Below, piece after piece: positions 23,107 through 36,544 of a DNA stretch of 64,000 nt. Both the position numbers and the translations under genes were made by a program. Location of the stretch: contig OY761158.1 of the NCBI GenBank assembly GCA_963664405.1, positions 4,512,001-4,576,000 of the forward strand, written 5' to 3'. This stretch comes from Thermoanaerobaculia bacterium. GTDB lineage: Bacteria > Acidobacteriota > Thermoanaerobaculia > Multivoradales > Multivoraceae. Numbering within the stretch: position 1 is the stretch's first letter; the number at the start of each line of letters is the position of its first letter. The notes beneath the pieces are model-generated. The model did no database searches and was not told the origin of the DNA. It saw only the letters and a program-made list of their open reading frames with translations.

Positions 23107-26100
23107 GTGCAACCGCTGACATACGAAAAGCCGCAGTCGATAATGGACTTCAACGCCATCAAGATCTCTCTGGCCTCGCCGGAGAAGATCGAGTCGTGGA
23201 GCCACGGTGAGGTCACCAAGGCGGAGACGATTAACTATCGCACCTTCAAGCCGGAGCGCGATGGTCTCTTCTGCGCCAAGATCTTCGGCCCCATTACCGA
23301 TTGGGAGTGCTTGTGCGGGAAGTACAAGCGTATGAAGCACCGCGGCGTCGTGTGCGACAAGTGTGGCGTCGAAGTGACGCGCGCTCGGGTACGCCGCGAG
23401 CGCATGGGGCATATCGATCTGGCTAGCCCGGTATCCCACGTCTGGTTCTTCAAGGGCCTGCCGAGCCGTATCGGTCATCTCCTCGATCTCTCGATGCGAG
23501 ATCTCGAGCGCATTCTCTATTTCGAGAGCTATGTGGTGATCGACCCCGGTGACACCGATCTGCAAGACAAAGAGCTGCTCTCCGAGGAGCGCTTCCGGGA
23601 GCTACGGGAGACCTACGATCCCGAGGCGTTCGAGGCTCGGATGGGCGCAGAGGCGATCAAAGAGCTTCTAACTCGCATCGATGTGGACGAGCTCAGTGAA
23701 GAGCTCCGCATCGTCATGCGTACCGACACCAGCCAGATCCGTCGCCTCAAAGCGGCGAAGCGGCTGAAGGTTGTCGACGCTTTTCGGCGCAGCGGACACC
23801 GTCCCGAGTGGATGATCCTCGACGTCATTCCGGTGCTTCCGCCGGAGCTACGTCCCTTGGTGCCCCTCGACGGCGGTCGTTTCGCGACCAGCGATCTGAA
23901 CGACCTCTACCGCAGAGTGATCAATCGCAACAATCGCCTGAAGAAGCTGCTTGAGCTGCGAGCCCCCGAGGTCATCGTGCGCAACGAGAAGCGGATGCTT
24001 CAGGAGGCGGTCGATGCCTTGTTCGACAACGGGCGGCGTGGGCGAGTGCTCAAAGGCTCGAATAATCGGCCCCTCAAATCTCTCTCAGATACTCTGAAGG
24101 GGAAACAGGGCCGATTTCGTCAGAACCTCCTCGGCAAGCGCGTCGACTACTCGGGCCGCTCGGTTATTGTTGTCGGTCCCGATCTCAAGCTTAATCAGTG
24201 CGGCCTGCCTACGAAGATGGCGCTCGAGCTGTTCAAGCCCTTCATCTACAGCTGGCTCGAGGCAAAGGAGCTGGTCGGCACCATCAAGGCGGCCAAAGAG
24301 ATGGTGGAGCGAGAAGACGACGTCGTCTGGGATGCCCTCGAAGAGGTGATCCAGGATCACCCTGTGCTCCTCAATCGCGCTCCGACCCTGCATCGTCTGG
24401 GTATCCAGGCCTTTCAGCCGGTACTGGTCGAGGGGAAGGCGATCAAGATTCACCCGCTGGTCTGTGCGGCTTTCAATGCCGACTTCGATGGCGATCAGAT
24501 GGCTGTTCATGTGCCGCTGTCACCGAAGGCTCAGATCGAGTGTCATGTGCTGATGCTGGCCTCGAACAACGTTCTGAGTCCGGCGCATGGCCGGCCGGTG
24601 GCCGTGCCGAGTCAGGATCTAGTGCTTGGCGGCTACTACCTGACCATGCCGCGCGTCGGAGCGCGCGGACAGGGCATGGTGTTTCCCGACTTCGACTCCG
24701 TGGAGCTAGCGCTGCATCAGGAGCTGGTGGAGACTCAAACTCCGATTCGGGTGCGATACACCGGCACCTATCTCGATCTGGGATCCCAATATGACGACCA
24801 GGACGTTCTGCATGCAGAGATCCAGGAGTCGGAGAACGGTCTCATCGACACGACTGTCGGGCGCGTCATCTTCAATCGCCATTTGCCTGAGCAGATCCCG
24901 TTCATCAACGGTCTGCTGAAGAAGAAGGGCCTGCAGGATCTAGTGGGTTTCTGCTACATCCATCACGGCAACGAGCTTACGGTCAAGATGCTCGATGACA
25001 TCAAGAACATCACTTTCGCGTACGCAACCCGCGCCGGTATTTCTTTCGGTGTCGACGATATGGTCATTCCCGGTACCAAGGACGCCATCATCGATCGCGC
25101 CCGCGAAGAAGTCGAAGAGATCGAGAAACAGCGCTCGAGCGGCGTGATCACGGCCGGTGAGCGGCACAACAAGATCATCGATATCTGGCATCGCGTTACC
25201 GAGAAGGTCTCCGAAGAGATGTTCCTGGAGATGCAAGAGGTCGAGCGTCAGCGCGGAGAGTTCAATCCCATCAACCTGATGGCCGACTCGGGTGCTCGAG
25301 GCTCGCGAGAGCAAGTGCGGCAGCTCGCCGGCATGAGAGGGTTGATGTCCAAGCCTTCGGGCGAGGTCATGGAAACGCCCATTACGGCGAACTTTCGCGA
25401 GGGCCTGTCGGTTCTCCAGTACTTCATTTCTACTCACGGTGCTCGCAAGGGATTAGCGGATACCGCGCTGAAGACGGCGGACTCCGGCTATCTCACGCGA
25501 CGCCTCGTCGACGTTGCGCAGGATGTGATCGTCACCGAGATCGGTTGTAGCACGATCGACGGCATCGACGTAACCGCGATCATGGAGGGTGGCGACATTT
25601 TGGAGCCGCTTCGAGATCGCATCGTCGGTCGCGTCAGCCAGGAAGAGATTCTCGACCCGATGACCGGCGAGGTTCTCCTCGAGGTCGGACAAGAGATCAC
25701 GGAGACGGTTGCGAATCGCATTCAGGGGGCTGGTATCGAGCGGGTGAAGATCCGCTCCGTCCTGACCTGTGAGACACGACGCGGTGTTTGTGCCAAGTGC
25801 TACGGCCGGAACCTGGCGACCGGAGATGCGGTCGAGATCGGCGAAGCGGTCGGTGTTATCGCTGCGCAGTCGATCGGCGAGCCGGGGACCCAGCTGACCA
25901 TGCGGACCTTCCACTACGGTGGCACCGCGAGTCGGGTATCGGAGCAGTCCAAGCACCTTGCTTCGAACCCAGGCACGGTGAAGTTCATCAACGTCTCCAC
26001 TATCGAGAGCCGCACTGGCGACCTGGTGGTCATCAACCGTAATGGCAAACTCGTCATCAGCGATGATGCCGGCAGGGAGCGCGAGCGTTACGCTCTCACC

Positions 26101-27297
26101 TATGGCTCCCATCTCCGTGTTCACGACGGCGAGCAGGTGGAGCCCGGCAAGGAGATCGTGCAGTGGGATCCGTTCACCTCGGTCATCCTCAGCGAGATCA
26201 AGGGCAAGGTCGTGTTTCACGACATCGTCGAGGGCGAGAACTTGCGCGAAGAGACGGACAAGGTTACCGGGCACGTGCAACGGATCGTGGTCGAGGCTGC
26301 GCAGAACGAGAAGCGCTCACCTGCCATCCTCGTTCAGGGGAAGAAGGGCGAGGAGCGACGTTACCTGCTGCCTTCCGGCTCCCACCTGATGGTCACGCAA
26401 GGCCAGGATGTTTATCCTGGAGAGACACTGGTGAAGATCCCGCGAGCGACGACCAAGACCAAGGACATAACCGGCGGTCTGCCTCGAGTGCAGGAGCTCT
26501 TCGAAGCGAGGACGCCGCGAGAGCCTGCGATCATCTCGGAGATCGACGGTACGGTTCGTCTCGGAGACATCGTCAAGGGAATGCGCAAGGTCGTGGTCGA
26601 GAGCGAGGCGGGGGAGCCGCGGGAGTATCTGATCCCTCGGTATATTCACGTCAACGTTCAAGAGGGCGAGAGAGTGCGGGCCGGGGACGCCTTGATCGAC
26701 GGTCCGATCAATCCCCATGACGTGCTGCAGGTTCTCGGCGAGAAGGAGCTGCAACGCTATCTCGTGGACAAGATCCAGGAGGTATACCGCTCCCAGAGCG
26801 TTGCCATCAACGACAAGCACATCGAGGTCATCGTCCGACAGATGATGCGTTCGGTGAAGATCGAGGAGGTCGGTGATACCGAGTTCCTCATCGATGAGCA
26901 GGTCGATCGCTGGCGCTTTCAGGCAGAGAACGAAAGGGTTATCGCGGCCAGTGGTCAGCCGGCCATCGGTAGGCCCATGCTGCTGGGAATCACCAAGGCC
27001 TCTCTCTCCACCGAGAGCTTCATTTCCGCCGCCAGCTTCCAGGAGACTACGCGTGTTCTCACCGAGGCAGCCATCAGTGGGCGTGTGGACTACCTGCGAG
27101 GCCTCAAGGAGAACGTGATCGTTGGCCGTCTGATCCCTGCTGGAACCGGCATGGATCGCTACCACGATCACCACATGGAGGAGGAGCCCATCTCCTTCGA
27201 CGAGGACGGCGACGGAGAGATGTTCTTCGAGTTTGGCGAAGAGGACATCCGCACCATGCCGCAGCCGGCCGTGAGCGCAGAGTCGGGAACCTCATAG
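23107..27297 (+). CDS. rpoC: RNA polymerase beta' subunit
   Basis: [13 protein letters not shown]-terminal Zn finger. Confidence 0.99.
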   Translation: MQPLTYEKPQSIMDFNAIKISLASPEKIESWSHGEVTKAETINYRTFKPERDGLFCAKIFGPITDWECLCGKYKRMKHRGVVCDKCGVEVTRARVRRERMGHIDLASPVSHVWFFKGLPSRIGHLLDLSMRDLERILYFESYVVIDPGDTDLQDKELLSEERFRELRETYDPEAFEARMGAEAIKELLTRIDVDELSEELRIVMRTDTSQIRRLKAAKRLKVVDAFRRSGHRPEWMILDVIPVLPPELRPLVPLDGGRFATSDLNDLYRRVINRNNRLKKLLELRAPEVIVRNEKRMLQEAVDALFDNGRRGRVLKGSNNRPLKSLSDTLKGKQGRFRQNLLGKRVDYSGRSVIVVGPDLKLNQCGLPTKMALELFKPFIYSWLEAKELVGTIKAAKEMVEREDDVVWDALEEVIQDHPVLLNRAPTLHRLGIQAFQPVLVEGKAIKIHPLVCAAFNADFDGDQMAVHVPLSPKAQIECHVLMLASNNVLSPAHGRPVAVPSQDLVLGGYYLTMPRVGARGQGMVFPDFDSVELALHQELVETQTPIRVRYTGTYLDLGSQYDDQDVLHAEIQESENGLIDTTVGRVIFNRHLPEQIPFINGLLKKKGLQDLVGFCYIHHGNELTVKMLDDIKNITFAYATRAGISFGVDDMVIPGTKDAIIDRAREEVEEIEKQRSSGVITAGERHNKIIDIWHRVTEKVSEEMFLEMQEVERQRGEFNPINLMADSGARGSREQVRQLAGMRGLMSKPSGEVMETPITANFREGLSVLQYFISTHGARKGLADTALKTADSGYLTRRLVDVAQDVIVTEIGCSTIDGIDVTAIMEGGDILEPLRDRIVGRVSQEEILDPMTGEVLLEVGQEITETVANRIQGAGIERVKIRSVLTCETRRGVCAKCYGRNLATGDAVEIGEAVGVIAAQSIGEPGTQLTMRTFHYGGTASRVSEQSKHLASNPGTVKFINVSTIESRTGDLVVINRNGKLVISDDAGRERERYALTYGSHLRVHDGEQVEPGKEIVQWDPFTSVILSEIKGKVVFHDIVEGENLREETDKVTGHVQRIVVEAAQNEKRSPAILVQGKKGEERRYLLPSGSHLMVTQGQDVYPGETLVKIPRATTKTKDITGGLPRVQELFEARTPREPAIISEIDGTVRLGDIVKGMRKVVVESEAGEPREYLIPRYIHVNVQEGERVRAGDALIDGPINPHDVLQVLGEKELQRYLVDKIQEVYRSQSVAINDKHIEVIVRQMMRSVKIEEVGDTEFLIDEQVDRWRFQAENERVIAASGQPAIGRPMLLGITKASLSTESFISAASFQETTRVLTEAAISGRVDYLRGLKENVIVGRLIPAGTGMDRYHDHHMEEEPISFDEDGDGEMFFEFGEEDIRTMPQPAVSAESGTS

Positions 27298-27334
27298 AAG
27301 AAGAAAGGGGTGGGCTTTTCGACCGTCTTTAGCG

Positions 27335-27363
27335 TTGACGGGGGGAGCCCCAACTGGTAGCCT
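27335..27363 (+). promoter_or_regulatory. Sigma70 promoter of the str operon
   Basis: ttgacg-N17-tagcct upstream of rpsL. Confidence 0.6.
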
Positions 27364-27521
27364 GCTCCGGCTATGCGCTAGGTGTCCGTGCGTTCACGGG
27401 ATGCTGCGTCTAGGAGCAGTAGTCTGGTCGCTCGCAGGACCCATTTGAGGAGGTCGGAAGGCCTCCGGTCGGTGGGCTCGGGGGGATTCGTTTCCCGAGT
27501 CACAGGAGATCTGTTAGATCA

Positions 27522-27896
27522 ATGCCTACGATTCATCAGTTGGTTCGGCATGGCCGCAAGCGTCAGGTAACGAAGACCAAGAGTCCTGCTCTGCTGGGGT
27601 CTCCTCAGAAGAGAGGCGTTTGTGTACGCGTCTACACCCAGACGCCGAAAAAGCCGAATTCCGCTCTGCGAAAGGTCGCGCGAGTCCGTCTCACTAATGG
27701 GATCGAGGTGACTACCTATATTCCAGGCGTGGGGCACAATTTGCAGGAGCACTCCATCGTCTTGATCCGCGGCGGCAGGGTCAAGGATCTCCCGGGCGTT
27801 CGCTATCACGTGGTCCGAGGCACACTCGATGCCGTCGGCGTCGAAGATCGCCGCAGAGGGCGGTCCAAGTACGGCACAAAACGCCCCAAACCTTGA
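27522..27896 (+). CDS. rpsL: 30S ribosomal protein S12
   Basis: [27 protein letters not shown]. Confidence 0.99.
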   Translation: MPTIHQLVRHGRKRQVTKTKSPALLGSPQKRGVCVRVYTQTPKKPNSALRKVARVRLTNGIEVTTYIPGVGHNLQEHSIVLIRGGRVKDLPGVRYHVVRGTLDAVGVEDRRRGRSKYGTKRPKP

Positions 27897-27912
27897 AAAG
27901 CAGTAGATCGAT

Positions 27913-28383
27913 ATGCCGAGACGCCGAGAAGTTCCCAAAAGAGAGATCCTGCCGGATCCACTCTACAAATCGCAGCTGGTGACGCGCTTCGTGAACGTTG
28001 TGATGCGCGATGGCAAGAAGACCGTAGCGGAGCGGATCCTCTACGATGCCCTAGGGCTGGTTCGAGAGCGCACCAATGACGATCCGATGAAGGTCTTCAA
28101 GCGGGCCGTAGACAACGTGAAGCCGGCTGTCGAAGTGAAGTCACGCCGAGTGGGTGGCTCCACGTATCAGGTTCCCGTTGAAGTCCGTCCGTCTCGCCGG
28201 CTGGCTCTGTCGATGCGCTGGATTATCCAGAACGCCAAGCGCCGGAGTGAGCGCACGATGCGAGAGAAGCTGGCGGGCGAGCTGATGGACGCGGCCGACA
28301 GCAGAGGTGCGGCGATCAAGAAGAAGGAAGATACCCACCGCATGGCAGACGCCAACAAGGCGTTCGCGCACTATCGGTGGTAG
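27913..28383 (+). CDS. rpsG: 30S ribosomal protein S7
   Basis: [30 protein letters not shown]. Confidence 0.99.
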   Translation: MPRRREVPKREILPDPLYKSQLVTRFVNVVMRDGKKTVAERILYDALGLVRERTNDDPMKVFKRAVDNVKPAVEVKSRRVGGSTYQVPVEVRPSRRLALSMRWIIQNAKRRSERTMREKLAGELMDAADSRGAAIKKKEDTHRMADANKAFAHYRW

Positions 28384-28466
28384 TTGCTTTCGAGATTGTT
28401 AAGTAGGTCGAGTCAACGGGTCGAGTTCATATTACAAAGCTTTGACATATCTGGGTTTAGCAGGAA

Positions 28467-30548
28467 ATGGTACGCAAGGTTCCGCTGGAGCGGATTCGCA
28501 ATATCGGCATCATGGCCCATATCGATGCCGGCAAGACGACCACTACGGAGCGGATCCTGTATTACACCGGGGTGAACTACAAAATTGGAGAAGTTCATGA
28601 GGGCACTGCCACCATGGACTGGATGGTCCAGGAGCAGGAGCGTGGCATCACGATTACCGCTGCGGCCACGACTTGCTACTGGAAAGACTATCGCGTCAAC
28701 ATCATAGACACCCCCGGGCATGTAGATTTCACCGCCGAAGTGGAGCGCTCTCTCCGCGTTCTTGACGGCGCCATTTGTGCCTTCGACGCAGTTGCCGGCG
28801 TGGAGCCGCAGTCGGAGACGGTTTGGCGCCAGGCCGACAAGTATTGCGTTCCACGAATCGCCTTTGTCAACAAGATGGATCGTGTCGGTGCCGACTTTGA
28901 CCGTTGTATTTCAATGATGCGTACACGTCTCGACGCCACGCCAGTGGCGATACAACTCCCCTGGGGAAGCGAGGGCGACCTGGTTGGCGTCCTCGACTTG
29001 GTCGAGATGAAGGGTTACGCCTACGAGAGCGATAGCCTCGGCGCCGAGTTCGAGGAGCGTGAGATCCCGCACGATCTTTTCGATCACGCTCTCGAGATGC
29101 GCGAAAAGATGGTGGAGGCGGTCTCGGAGACGGACGATCTCTTGCTCGAGAAGTATCTCTCGGGTGAAGAGGTGACCAATGCTGAGCTCAAGGCGGCCTT
29201 GCGTCGCGCCACGCTCGCGAGCTCGTTGCAGCCGGTTCTGTGCGGTAGCGCGTTTCGCAATAAGGGCGTGCAGCCGCTGATCGACGCGGTCGTGGACTAC
29301 CTGCCTTCTCCCGTCGACATCCCTGTGATGGTAGGTGTCAATCCGGACGATGGGGATCGAGTGGAGCGCGGGAGCTCCGACGAGGAGCCCTTCGCCGGTC
29401 TGGTATTCAAGATCACCACAGATCCTTTCGTCGGTCAGCTCGCCTATTTCCGGGTCTACTCCGGCAGTGTGGGTACGCGCGAGAGCGTACTGAACGCGAC
29501 CCGGGGCAAGACCGAGCGGGTAGGGCGTTTGCTCAAGATGCACGCCAACAAGAGAGAAGAGATCGAGCGGGTCTGGTCGGGCGATATTGCCGCCGCCGTG
29601 GGGCTCAAGGGTGTGACGACTGGCGACACCATCTGTGATCGCGCTCATCCTATCGTTCTCGAAGCGATCACCTTTCCGGAGCCGGTGATGTCGGTTTCGA
29701 TCGAACCGCGCTCGAAGGCGGACCAAAGCAAGCTCTCGGTCGCGCTCTCGAAGCTCATGCAAGAGGATCCGACTTTCCGAGTGACCACCGAGCCCGATAC
29801 GGGCCAGACCTTGATCTCCGGCATGGGTGAGCTGCACCTCGAGATCATTACCGACCGTTTGCGTCGCGAGTTTGAAGTGCAGGCCAACGTCGGGAGGCCT
29901 CAGGTTGCCTACCGGGAGAGCGTAACGATCGAGGCCAAGGGAGAGGGCCGTTTCGTTCGCCAAACCGGCGGCCGCGGGCAATATGGCCACTGCAAGATCC
30001 GCATCAGGCCGGCCGATCCCGAAGGGCCCGATGTGGTCTTCAATAATCAGATCGTCGGTGGTGCGATCCCGCGCGAGTTCATCGGGCCGGTAGAGCAGGG
30101 GATTCGCGAGGCGACCGAGGCCGGCCCTTTGGCTGGCTACCCGCTGACAGCCGTCGAGGTCGATCTCTATGACGGTGGTTTTCATGAGGTCGACTCTTCC
30201 GAGGTGGCCTTCAAGATCGCAGGCTCGATGGCGTTGCAGGACGCCGCGAGGCATGCCGCTCCGGTTCTTCTCGAGCCGGTCATGGCGGTGGAGACCATCA
30301 CCCCCGACGACTACCAGGGCGCGGTGGTTGGCGATATCACTTCGCGCCGGGGAAAGATCAAGAGCATGGACCCGCGAGCCGGAGCACAAGTCATCAACTC
30401 CAAGGTGCCTCTCGCCGAGATGTTCGGCTACACCACGGACTTGCGTTCGCTGACCCAGGGACGGGCCAACTACACGATGCAGTTTCTGGCCTATGAGGCG
30501 GCGCCGAAGAGCGTTAGTGAGGAGATCGTCGCGAAAGCCGCTGGCTAG
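28467..30548 (+). CDS. fusA: Elongation factor G
   Basis: [32 protein letters not shown]. Confidence 0.99.
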   Translation: MVRKVPLERIRNIGIMAHIDAGKTTTTERILYYTGVNYKIGEVHEGTATMDWMVQEQERGITITAAATTCYWKDYRVNIIDTPGHVDFTAEVERSLRVLDGAICAFDAVAGVEPQSETVWRQADKYCVPRIAFVNKMDRVGADFDRCISMMRTRLDATPVAIQLPWGSEGDLVGVLDLVEMKGYAYESDSLGAEFEEREIPHDLFDHALEMREKMVEAVSETDDLLLEKYLSGEEVTNAELKAALRRATLASSLQPVLCGSAFRNKGVQPLIDAVVDYLPSPVDIPVMVGVNPDDGDRVERGSSDEEPFAGLVFKITTDPFVGQLAYFRVYSGSVGTRESVLNATRGKTERVGRLLKMHANKREEIERVWSGDIAAAVGLKGVTTGDTICDRAHPIVLEAITFPEPVMSVSIEPRSKADQSKLSVALSKLMQEDPTFRVTTEPDTGQTLISGMGELHLEIITDRLRREFEVQANVGRPQVAYRESVTIEAKGEGRFVRQTGGRGQYGHCKIRIRPADPEGPDVVFNNQIVGGAIPREFIGPVEQGIREATEAGPLAGYPLTAVEVDLYDGGFHEVDSSEVAFKIAGSMALQDAARHAAPVLLEPVMAVETITPDDYQGAVVGDITSRRGKIKSMDPRAGAQVINSKVPLAEMFGYTTDLRSLTQGRANYTMQFLAYEAAPKSVSEEIVAKAAG

Positions 30549-30591
30549 GGCCACTTGCTAGAGGTTGTCGTTTAATCGGAGGAGAGTTGCT

Positions 30592-31785
30592 ATGGCGAAG
30601 GAGAAGTTCGAACGTACAAAGCCGCACGTGAACGTCGGGACCATAGGTCACGTAGATCACGGCAAGACCACGTTGACGGCGGCGATCACGAAGACGCTGT
30701 CTGCGAAGGGTCAGGCGGACTACGTGCCCTTCGACGAGATTGATAAGGCACCGGAGGAGCGTGAGCGGGGAATCACGATCGCGACGGCGCACGTGGAATA
30801 CGAGACCGATGCTCGCCACTACGCTCATGTGGACTGTCCGGGTCACGCTGACTACGTGAAGAACATGATCACGGGTGCGGCTCAGATGGACGGAGCGGTG
30901 TTGGTGGTATCCGCTGCCGACGGTCCGATGCCTCAGACTCGAGAGCACATCGTGCTGGCGCGTCAGGTTGGAGTTCCGTTCATGGTGGTGTACATGAACA
31001 AAGTGGACACGGTAGACGATGAGGAGCTTTTGGATCTGGTGGAGCTGGAGTTGCGCGAGCTGCTTTCTTTGTACGAGTTTCCCGGGGACGACATCCCGAT
31101 AGTTCGAGGCTCGGCGTTGCAGGCGTTGGAGTCGGATGATCCGGATTCGGCAGAGTGCGCTTCGATCTTCGAGCTGATGGATGCCGTGGACAGCTACATT
31201 CCGACGCCAGAGCGTTTGGTGGACCAGGACTTCCTGATGCCGATCGAGGACATCTTCACGATTTCGGGTCGCGGCACGGTGGTGACGGGCCGTGTGGATC
31301 GCGGAGTGGTGACGGTGGGCGACGAGATCGAGATCATCGGGATCCGTGAGACCCAGAAGACGGTGGTCACGGGTGTAGAGATGTTCCGCAAGCTCTTGGA
31401 CCGTGGTGAGGCTGGGGATAACATCGGCGTTCTTCTTCGGGGCACGAAGAAGGACGAAGTGGAGCGGGGTCAGGTGCTGGCGAAGCCGGGCTCGATCACG
31501 CCGCATACGAAGTTCAAGGGCGAGGTGTACGTGTTGTCACGGGAAGAGGGCGGTCGTCATACGCCGTTCTTCACCGGCTACCGTCCTCAGTTCTACTTTC
31601 GGACCACGGATGTGACCGGGATCGCGGAGCTGCCGGCGGGCACCGAGATGGTGATGCCTGGCGACAATGTGAACTTGGAGGTTGACTTGATTGCGCCGAT
31701 TGCGATGGAGAAGGGCGTTCGCTTCGCCATCCGAGAAGGCGGACGCACCGTCGGTGCTGGAACTGTTACGGAGATCGTCGAGTAG
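30592..31785 (+). CDS. tuf: Elongation factor Tu (copy 2)
   Basis: Near-identical to 14426-15619; ATG at 30592 after GGAGG. Confidence 0.99.
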   Translation: MAKEKFERTKPHVNVGTIGHVDHGKTTLTAAITKTLSAKGQADYVPFDEIDKAPEERERGITIATAHVEYETDARHYAHVDCPGHADYVKNMITGAAQMDGAVLVVSAADGPMPQTREHIVLARQVGVPFMVVYMNKVDTVDDEELLDLVELELRELLSLYEFPGDDIPIVRGSALQALESDDPDSAECASIFELMDAVDSYIPTPERLVDQDFLMPIEDIFTISGRGTVVTGRVDRGVVTVGDEIEIIGIRETQKTVVTGVEMFRKLLDRGEAGDNIGVLLRGTKKDEVERGQVLAKPGSITPHTKFKGEVYVLSREEGGRHTPFFTGYRPQFYFRTTDVTGIAELPAGTEMVMPGDNVNLEVDLIAPIAMEKGVRFAIREGGRTVGAGTVTEIVE

Positions 31786-31789
31786 ACCT

Positions 31790-32107
31790 ATGGACAATGA
31801 AAAAATTCGCATTCGCCTACGGGCGTTCGACTACCGCATCCTCGACACGTCTACGCACGAGATCGTGGACACTGCTCGGCGTACGGGAGCGCGGGTCGTG
31901 GGGCCGGTGCCGCTGCCGACTCATATCGAGCGCTTTACGGTAAACCGGTCTCCGCATGTCGACAAGAAGTCACGAGAGCAGTTCGAGATTCGCACCCACA
32001 AGCGTCTTCTCGACATCTTCGAGCCCACCAGCCAGACCGTTGATGCGCTGATGAAGCTCGAGCTCCCGGCTGGCGTCGACGTAGAGATCAAGGCACTCGG
32101 TAAGTAG
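31790..32107 (+). CDS. rpsJ: 30S ribosomal protein S10
   Basis: [31 protein letters not shown]. Confidence 0.98.
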   Translation: MDNEKIRIRLRAFDYRILDTSTHEIVDTARRTGARVVGPVPLPTHIERFTVNRSPHVDKKSREQFEIRTHKRLLDIFEPTSQTVDALMKLELPAGVDVEIKALGK

Positions 32108-32110
32108 GAG

Positions 32111-32746
32111 ATGGGGATGGAAGGCATTCTCGGCCGCAAGATCGGCATGACTCAGATCTTTGAGGAGGACGGCACCGCCGTGCCGGTGACCCTCGTCAAG
32201 GCCGGCCCCTGCGTCGTCGTGCAGCGCAAGACTTCGAAGGTCGACGGCTACGAAGCGATACAGGTCGGACTCCTTGAAGCCAAACCGGAGAAGCATGTTT
32301 CTCAGCCGGCGGCTGGCCATTTCAAGAAGGCTGGCGTGCAGCCGATGCGAAGGCTCGAAGAGTTTCCTGTCCAGGCCGACGATGAGGCCAAGGCGGGGGA
32401 TGAGCTTCGAGTGTCCATCTTTGCTGCCGACGAGTACATCGATGTGATCGCCAAGAGCAAGGGCAAAGGATTTCAGGGTGTCATGAAACGCCATGGCTTC
32501 CATGGTGGTCGCGCCACTCATGGATCCATGTTTCATCGCGGACCCGGCTCGATCGGCCAAGCGTCCGACCCCTCGCGAGTCTTTCCCGGCACCCGGTTGC
32601 CAGGGAGAATGGGTGGGAAACGCGTGACCACGAAGAACCTACGCATCGTCAAGATCGACGAAGAGAGGGACCTCCTCTTCATCAGAGGAGCCGTACCGGG
32701 ACCCAGAGGCGGATACTTGACAATCCGCAGGGCGAAGAAGGGATGA
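32111..32746 (+). CDS. rplC: 50S ribosomal protein L3
   Basis: [23 protein letters not shown]. Confidence 0.98.
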   Translation: MGMEGILGRKIGMTQIFEEDGTAVPVTLVKAGPCVVVQRKTSKVDGYEAIQVGLLEAKPEKHVSQPAAGHFKKAGVQPMRRLEEFPVQADDEAKAGDELRVSIFAADEYIDVIAKSKGKGFQGVMKRHGFHGGRATHGSMFHRGPGSIGQASDPSRVFPGTRLPGRMGGKRVTTKNLRIVKIDEERDLLFIRGAVPGPRGGYLTIRRAKKG

Positions 32747-33372
32747 CGATGAAGATCTCGGTCAAGAATCTCGCCAACGAGATAGTCAGAGAGATGGACC
32801 TCCCCGAGGGCGTCTTTGGCTATCCTTACAAGGCCGATCTGATTCACGCGTCGGTGGTCGCGGTTCAGGCCGCTCAACGCAGCGGTACTCACAAGACCAA
32901 GACCCGCAGCGAAGTTAGCGGCTCTGGTCGGAAGCCTTGGCGGCAGAAGGGCACCGGCCGCGCCCGCGCCGGCGACATCCGTACTCCGCTCTGGCGCAAG
33001 GGTGGCATCGTTCATGGTCCCCAGCCGCGAAGCTACGTTTCGGGGTTGTCACGTCGCGAGAAGCGAAACGCGTTGAAGTCCGCTCTTTCACGGAAGCTCC
33101 ATGATGAGGCGATCGTCGTCCTAGAAGGTTTGGAGCTGGATACGCACCGCACGGCGGAGTTGGTCGCAGTGATGAACCGCTTGGGGGTCGATGGTAAGGC
33201 CCTTGTGGTGGACCGCGGCGACAATCAGAAGCTCGATCTCGCTTCGCGCAACAATCCGCACCTGAAGGTAGTGGATGCGCTCAGTGTGAATGTTTACGAC
33301 ATCGTAGATAGGCCTTTTCTCGTTACCAGCGAGGCGGCCTTGGGTCGCCTGATCGAGGTGCTGTCGAAATGA
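32743..33372 (+). CDS. rplD: 50S ribosomal protein L4
   Basis: KPWRQKGTGRARAG. Confidence 0.98.
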   Translation: MTMKISVKNLANEIVREMDLPEGVFGYPYKADLIHASVVAVQAAQRSGTHKTKTRSEVSGSGRKPWRQKGTGRARAGDIRTPLWRKGGIVHGPQPRSYVSGLSRREKRNALKSALSRKLHDEAIVVLEGLELDTHRTAELVAVMNRLGVDGKALVVDRGDNQKLDLASRNNPHLKVVDALSVNVYDIVDRPFLVTSEAALGRLIEVLSK

Positions 33373-33659
33373 GAATTCAAGACGTGATCCGGCGCCCCCT
33401 GATTACCGAGAAGTCGACGGAGCTGCGCGATGTGGCGAACATCGTCGCTTTCGAGGTCGATGTGGCTGCGAACAAGTTGGAGATCAAGCGGGCTGTCGAG
33501 GCCCAGTTTCAGCGCAAGGTCGCTGAGGTTCGGGTGTCGCGCTTTCGCGGTAAGGTGCGACGTCAGGGTCGCTACTCCGGCCGGAGGCCGGAGTGGAAGA
33601 AGGCCTACGTCCGCTTAGTCGAAGGTCAGAAGTCGATCGAGTTCTTCGAGGGTATGTAG
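33369..33659 (+). CDS. rplW: 50S ribosomal protein L23
   Basis: PLITEKS, WKKAYVRL. Confidence 0.97.
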   Translation: MRIQDVIRRPLITEKSTELRDVANIVAFEVDVAANKLEIKRAVEAQFQRKVAEVRVSRFRGKVRRQGRYSGRRPEWKKAYVRLVEGQKSIEFFEGM

Positions 33660-33677
33660 AAGTAGAGCGAGGTTCGG

Positions 33678-34505
33678 ATGGCACCCAAACAGAGAAAACC
33701 CACAAACCCAGGGAGTCGTTTCCAGGAATACGCGAGCTTTACCGAGCTCAGCGGCGTCGAAGCCCACAAACCTCTGGTCAAGGGGCGCAAGCGGGGCGGC
33801 GGTCGCAATAACCGTGGGCGTACCACTGTGCGCTTCCGTGGCGGCGGGCATCGTCGACGCTATCGCGAGATAGATTTCCGGCGCGACAAGCTCGAAGTTC
33901 CGGCGAAAGTAGTGAGCATTGAGTACGATCCGAACCGTACCGCCCGGATCTGCCTTCTCCACTATGCCGACGGCGAGAAGCGTTACATCCTCTGGCCCTC
34001 GGGGCTGAAGGTGGGTGATGCCGTCGCTGCCGGAGAAGATGTCGCGATCAATCTCGGCAACGCGCTCCCGATTCGCCAGATACCTCTCGGTACTCTCATT
34101 CACAATGTCGAGCTCAAACAGGGCGGTGGCGGACAGATGGTGCGTAGCGCCGGTGCAGGCGCACAGCTGATGGCGAAAGAAGGGAATGTCGCCCAGGTGA
34201 AGCTCCCTTCGGGCGAGGTTCGTCGAGTGCATATCGATTGCTACGCGACGATCGGCCGGATCGGGAATTCGGAGCATTCCAATATCGCGCTCGGCAAGGC
34301 CGGTCGCTCACGACGCCTCGGTCGGCGGCCCCATAACCGGGGAGTGACGATGAACCCCGTCGACCACCCGATGGGTGGCGGTGAGGGCAAGGCATCCGGG
34401 GGGCGACATCCCTGTTCTCCCTGGGGCATGCCGGCGAAGGGGTACCGGACAAGAAACAACAAGCGCACGGACCGCTCGATCGTGCGGCGGCGCTACCAGA
34501 AGTAG
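33678..34505 (+). CDS. rplB: 50S ribosomal protein L2
   Basis: [28 protein letters not shown]. Confidence 0.98.
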   Translation: MAPKQRKPTNPGSRFQEYASFTELSGVEAHKPLVKGRKRGGGRNNRGRTTVRFRGGGHRRRYREIDFRRDKLEVPAKVVSIEYDPNRTARICLLHYADGEKRYILWPSGLKVGDAVAAGEDVAINLGNALPIRQIPLGTLIHNVELKQGGGGQMVRSAGAGAQLMAKEGNVAQVKLPSGEVRRVHIDCYATIGRIGNSEHSNIALGKAGRSRRLGRRPHNRGVTMNPVDHPMGGGEGKASGGRHPCSPWGMPAKGYRTRNNKRTDRSIVRRRYQK

Positions 34506-34517
34506 CTCGGGGGATTC

Positions 34518-34802
34518 ATGGCACGTTCACTCAGAAAAGGCTTCTTCATCGATCAGCACCTTCTCGACAAGGTGCAAGAGGCGAGCGGTAGCGAGCGCCG
34601 GGTGATTCGCACCTGGTCGCGGAGATCGACGATCATCCCCGACATGGTCGGGCTCACCGTCGCTGTGCACAACGGTCTCAAGTTCATTCCGATCTATGTC
34701 AGCGAGAACATGGTCGGGCACAAGCTGGGAGAGTTCGCGCAGACTCGCACCTTTCGCGGCCATATCGGCGGTCGTAGCGAGCGCAGGGGAGCCCCCCGTT
34801 AG
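34518..34802 (+). CDS. rpsS: 30S ribosomal protein S19
   Basis: [17 protein letters not shown]. Confidence 0.98.
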   Translation: MARSLRKGFFIDQHLLDKVQEASGSERRVIRTWSRRSTIIPDMVGLTVAVHNGLKFIPIYVSENMVGHKLGEFAQTRTFRGHIGGRSERRGAPR

Positions 34803-34840
34803 TTCGGGGCGGCAACGGCAAGGATAAGAGGAGCGAGATC

Positions 34841-35206
34841 ATGGAAGTCAGTGCGAGACTCCGCTATCTGCGAGCTTCACCTCAGAAGGTGAGGTTGGTG
34901 GCGAATCTCATTCGCGGCAAGGCCGTGCAGGAGGCTTCGAATCTTCTGTATGTGTCGAACAAGGGGGCAGCAAGGCCGCTGCGAAAGCTCTTGGGCTCGG
35001 CTGTAGCCAATGCGGAGAACCTCGACGAGCACGTGGACGTGGACAACCTCTACGTGAAAGAGATCTTTGTCGACCAGGGTCCGGTTCTCAAGAGACTGCG
35101 GCCGGCGCCGATGGGCCGCGCCTTTCGAATCCTCAAACGTCAGAGTCACGTCACCATCAAACTCGACACCCGAGAGCAGGCGTCGACGAGTAGCGGAGAA
35201 GAATAG
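34841..35206 (+). CDS. rplV: 50S ribosomal protein L22
   Basis: [22 protein letters not shown]. Confidence 0.98.
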   Translation: MEVSARLRYLRASPQKVRLVANLIRGKAVQEASNLLYVSNKGAARPLRKLLGSAVANAENLDEHVDVDNLYVKEIFVDQGPVLKRLRPAPMGRAFRILKRQSHVTIKLDTREQASTSSGEE

Positions 35207-35856
35207 TGGGTCAGAAGACACATCCGTACGGGTTCCGCCTGGTCTACAACAAGAGCTGGCACTCTCGGTGGTTTGCCGATCGCGACTACGCGACGATTCT
35301 CGAGGCCGACGTCCGACTGCGTAGCCACTTGAAGAAGCGCTTGGGTCATGCGGGGGTTAGCGAGATCGATATCGAGCGAGCCGCGGACCAGCTCAGAGTC
35401 ACCATCTACACCTCGCGGCCTGGGATCATTATCGGCCGCAAGGGGGCTGAGGTGGACAAGCTCCGAGATGACTTGATGAAGCAGATGGGGCGGCCGGTGC
35501 ACATCAATATTCAGGAGATCCAACGTCCAGAGCTCGATGCCCAGTTGGTAGCTCAATCGATCGCGGGTCAGCTCCAACGTCGCATTGCCTTCCGCCGAGC
35601 GATGAAGAAGTCGATGGAGTCCGCCTTTCGCTTCGGTGCGAAGGGAATCAAGATCATGGTGTCGGGCCGTCTGGGAGGGCATGAGATCGCCCGCCGAGAG
35701 TGGTATCAAGAGGGCCGGCTGCCGTTGCATACGCTGAAGGCGGAGATCGACTATGGCTTCGCAGAGTCGAAGACGACCTCCGGAGTGATCGGTTGCAAAG
35801 TGTGGGTCTACCGAGGTGACTTGCTCAAAGAAAGGCGTCGTCAGGCCTCTGCCTGA
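35206..35856 (+). CDS. rpsC: 30S ribosomal protein S3
   Basis: [20 protein letters not shown]. Confidence 0.98.
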   Translation: MGQKTHPYGFRLVYNKSWHSRWFADRDYATILEADVRLRSHLKKRLGHAGVSEIDIERAADQLRVTIYTSRPGIIIGRKGAEVDKLRDDLMKQMGRPVHINIQEIQRPELDAQLVAQSIAGQLQRRIAFRRAMKKSMESAFRFGAKGIKIMVSGRLGGHEIARREWYQEGRLPLHTLKAEIDYGFAESKTTSGVIGCKVWVYRGDLLKERRRQASA

Positions 35857-35899
35857 CGCGACGTCGAGTCCCGCCTGATTCGTCCAGGAGCCAACTGCC

Positions 35900-36322
35900 A
35901 TGTTGATGCCAAAAAAGGTCAAGTACCGCAAGCGACACCGAGGTCGTCGCAGGGGGCGCGCCAAGGGCGGCGACTATCTTGCGTTCGGAGACTATGGTCT
36001 CCAGGCCCTCAGCGATGGTTGGGTTACGGCCCGCCAGATCGAGTCCGCCCGTGTCGCGATTACCCGACATGTCAAGCGTGGCGGCAAGGTGTGGATCCGT
36101 GTATTCCCCGACAAACCCATCACCAAGAAGCCGCTCGAGACTCGGATGGGAAAAGGTAAGGGAAGTCCTGAGGAGTGGGTCGCGGTGGTCAAACCGGCGC
36201 GAATCCTCTACGAGCTCGAGGGCGTCGATCCGGTGGTCGCTGAGAGAGCCATGAAACTGGCATCACACAAGCTCGGGATCAAGACTCGGTTCGTGAGCCG
36301 CCATCATGAGGTGGCGCCATGA
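35900..36322 (+). CDS. rplP: 50S ribosomal protein L16
   Basis: [20 protein letters not shown]. Confidence 0.98.
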   Translation: MLMPKKVKYRKRHRGRRRGRAKGGDYLAFGDYGLQALSDGWVTARQIESARVAITRHVKRGGKVWIRVFPDKPITKKPLETRMGKGKGSPEEWVAVVKPARILYELEGVDPVVAERAMKLASHKLGIKTRFVSRHHEVAP

Positions 36323-36510
36323 AGGCTTCCGAATTGAGAGAGCTCAAGGTAGAAGAGCTGCGTTCCCGGGAGACCGATCTTGTCGAACAACTATTTGCCC
36401 TCCGCCTACAGAAGGTGACGGGTCAGATAGAGAGCCCATCGAAGCTGCGCACGACTCGGCATGACCTGGCTCGGGTGCTGACAGTTCTGACAGAGAAGCA
36501 GGCCGACTGA
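36319..36510 (+). CDS. rpmC: 50S ribosomal protein L29
   Basis: MKASELRE...LARVLTVL; synteny. Confidence 0.96.
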   Translation: MKASELRELKVEELRSRETDLVEQLFALRLQKVTGQIESPSKLRTTRHDLARVLTVLTEKQAD

Positions 36511-36544
36511 ATTCAGACAGTCGTTAGACCGCAAGGACACATTG

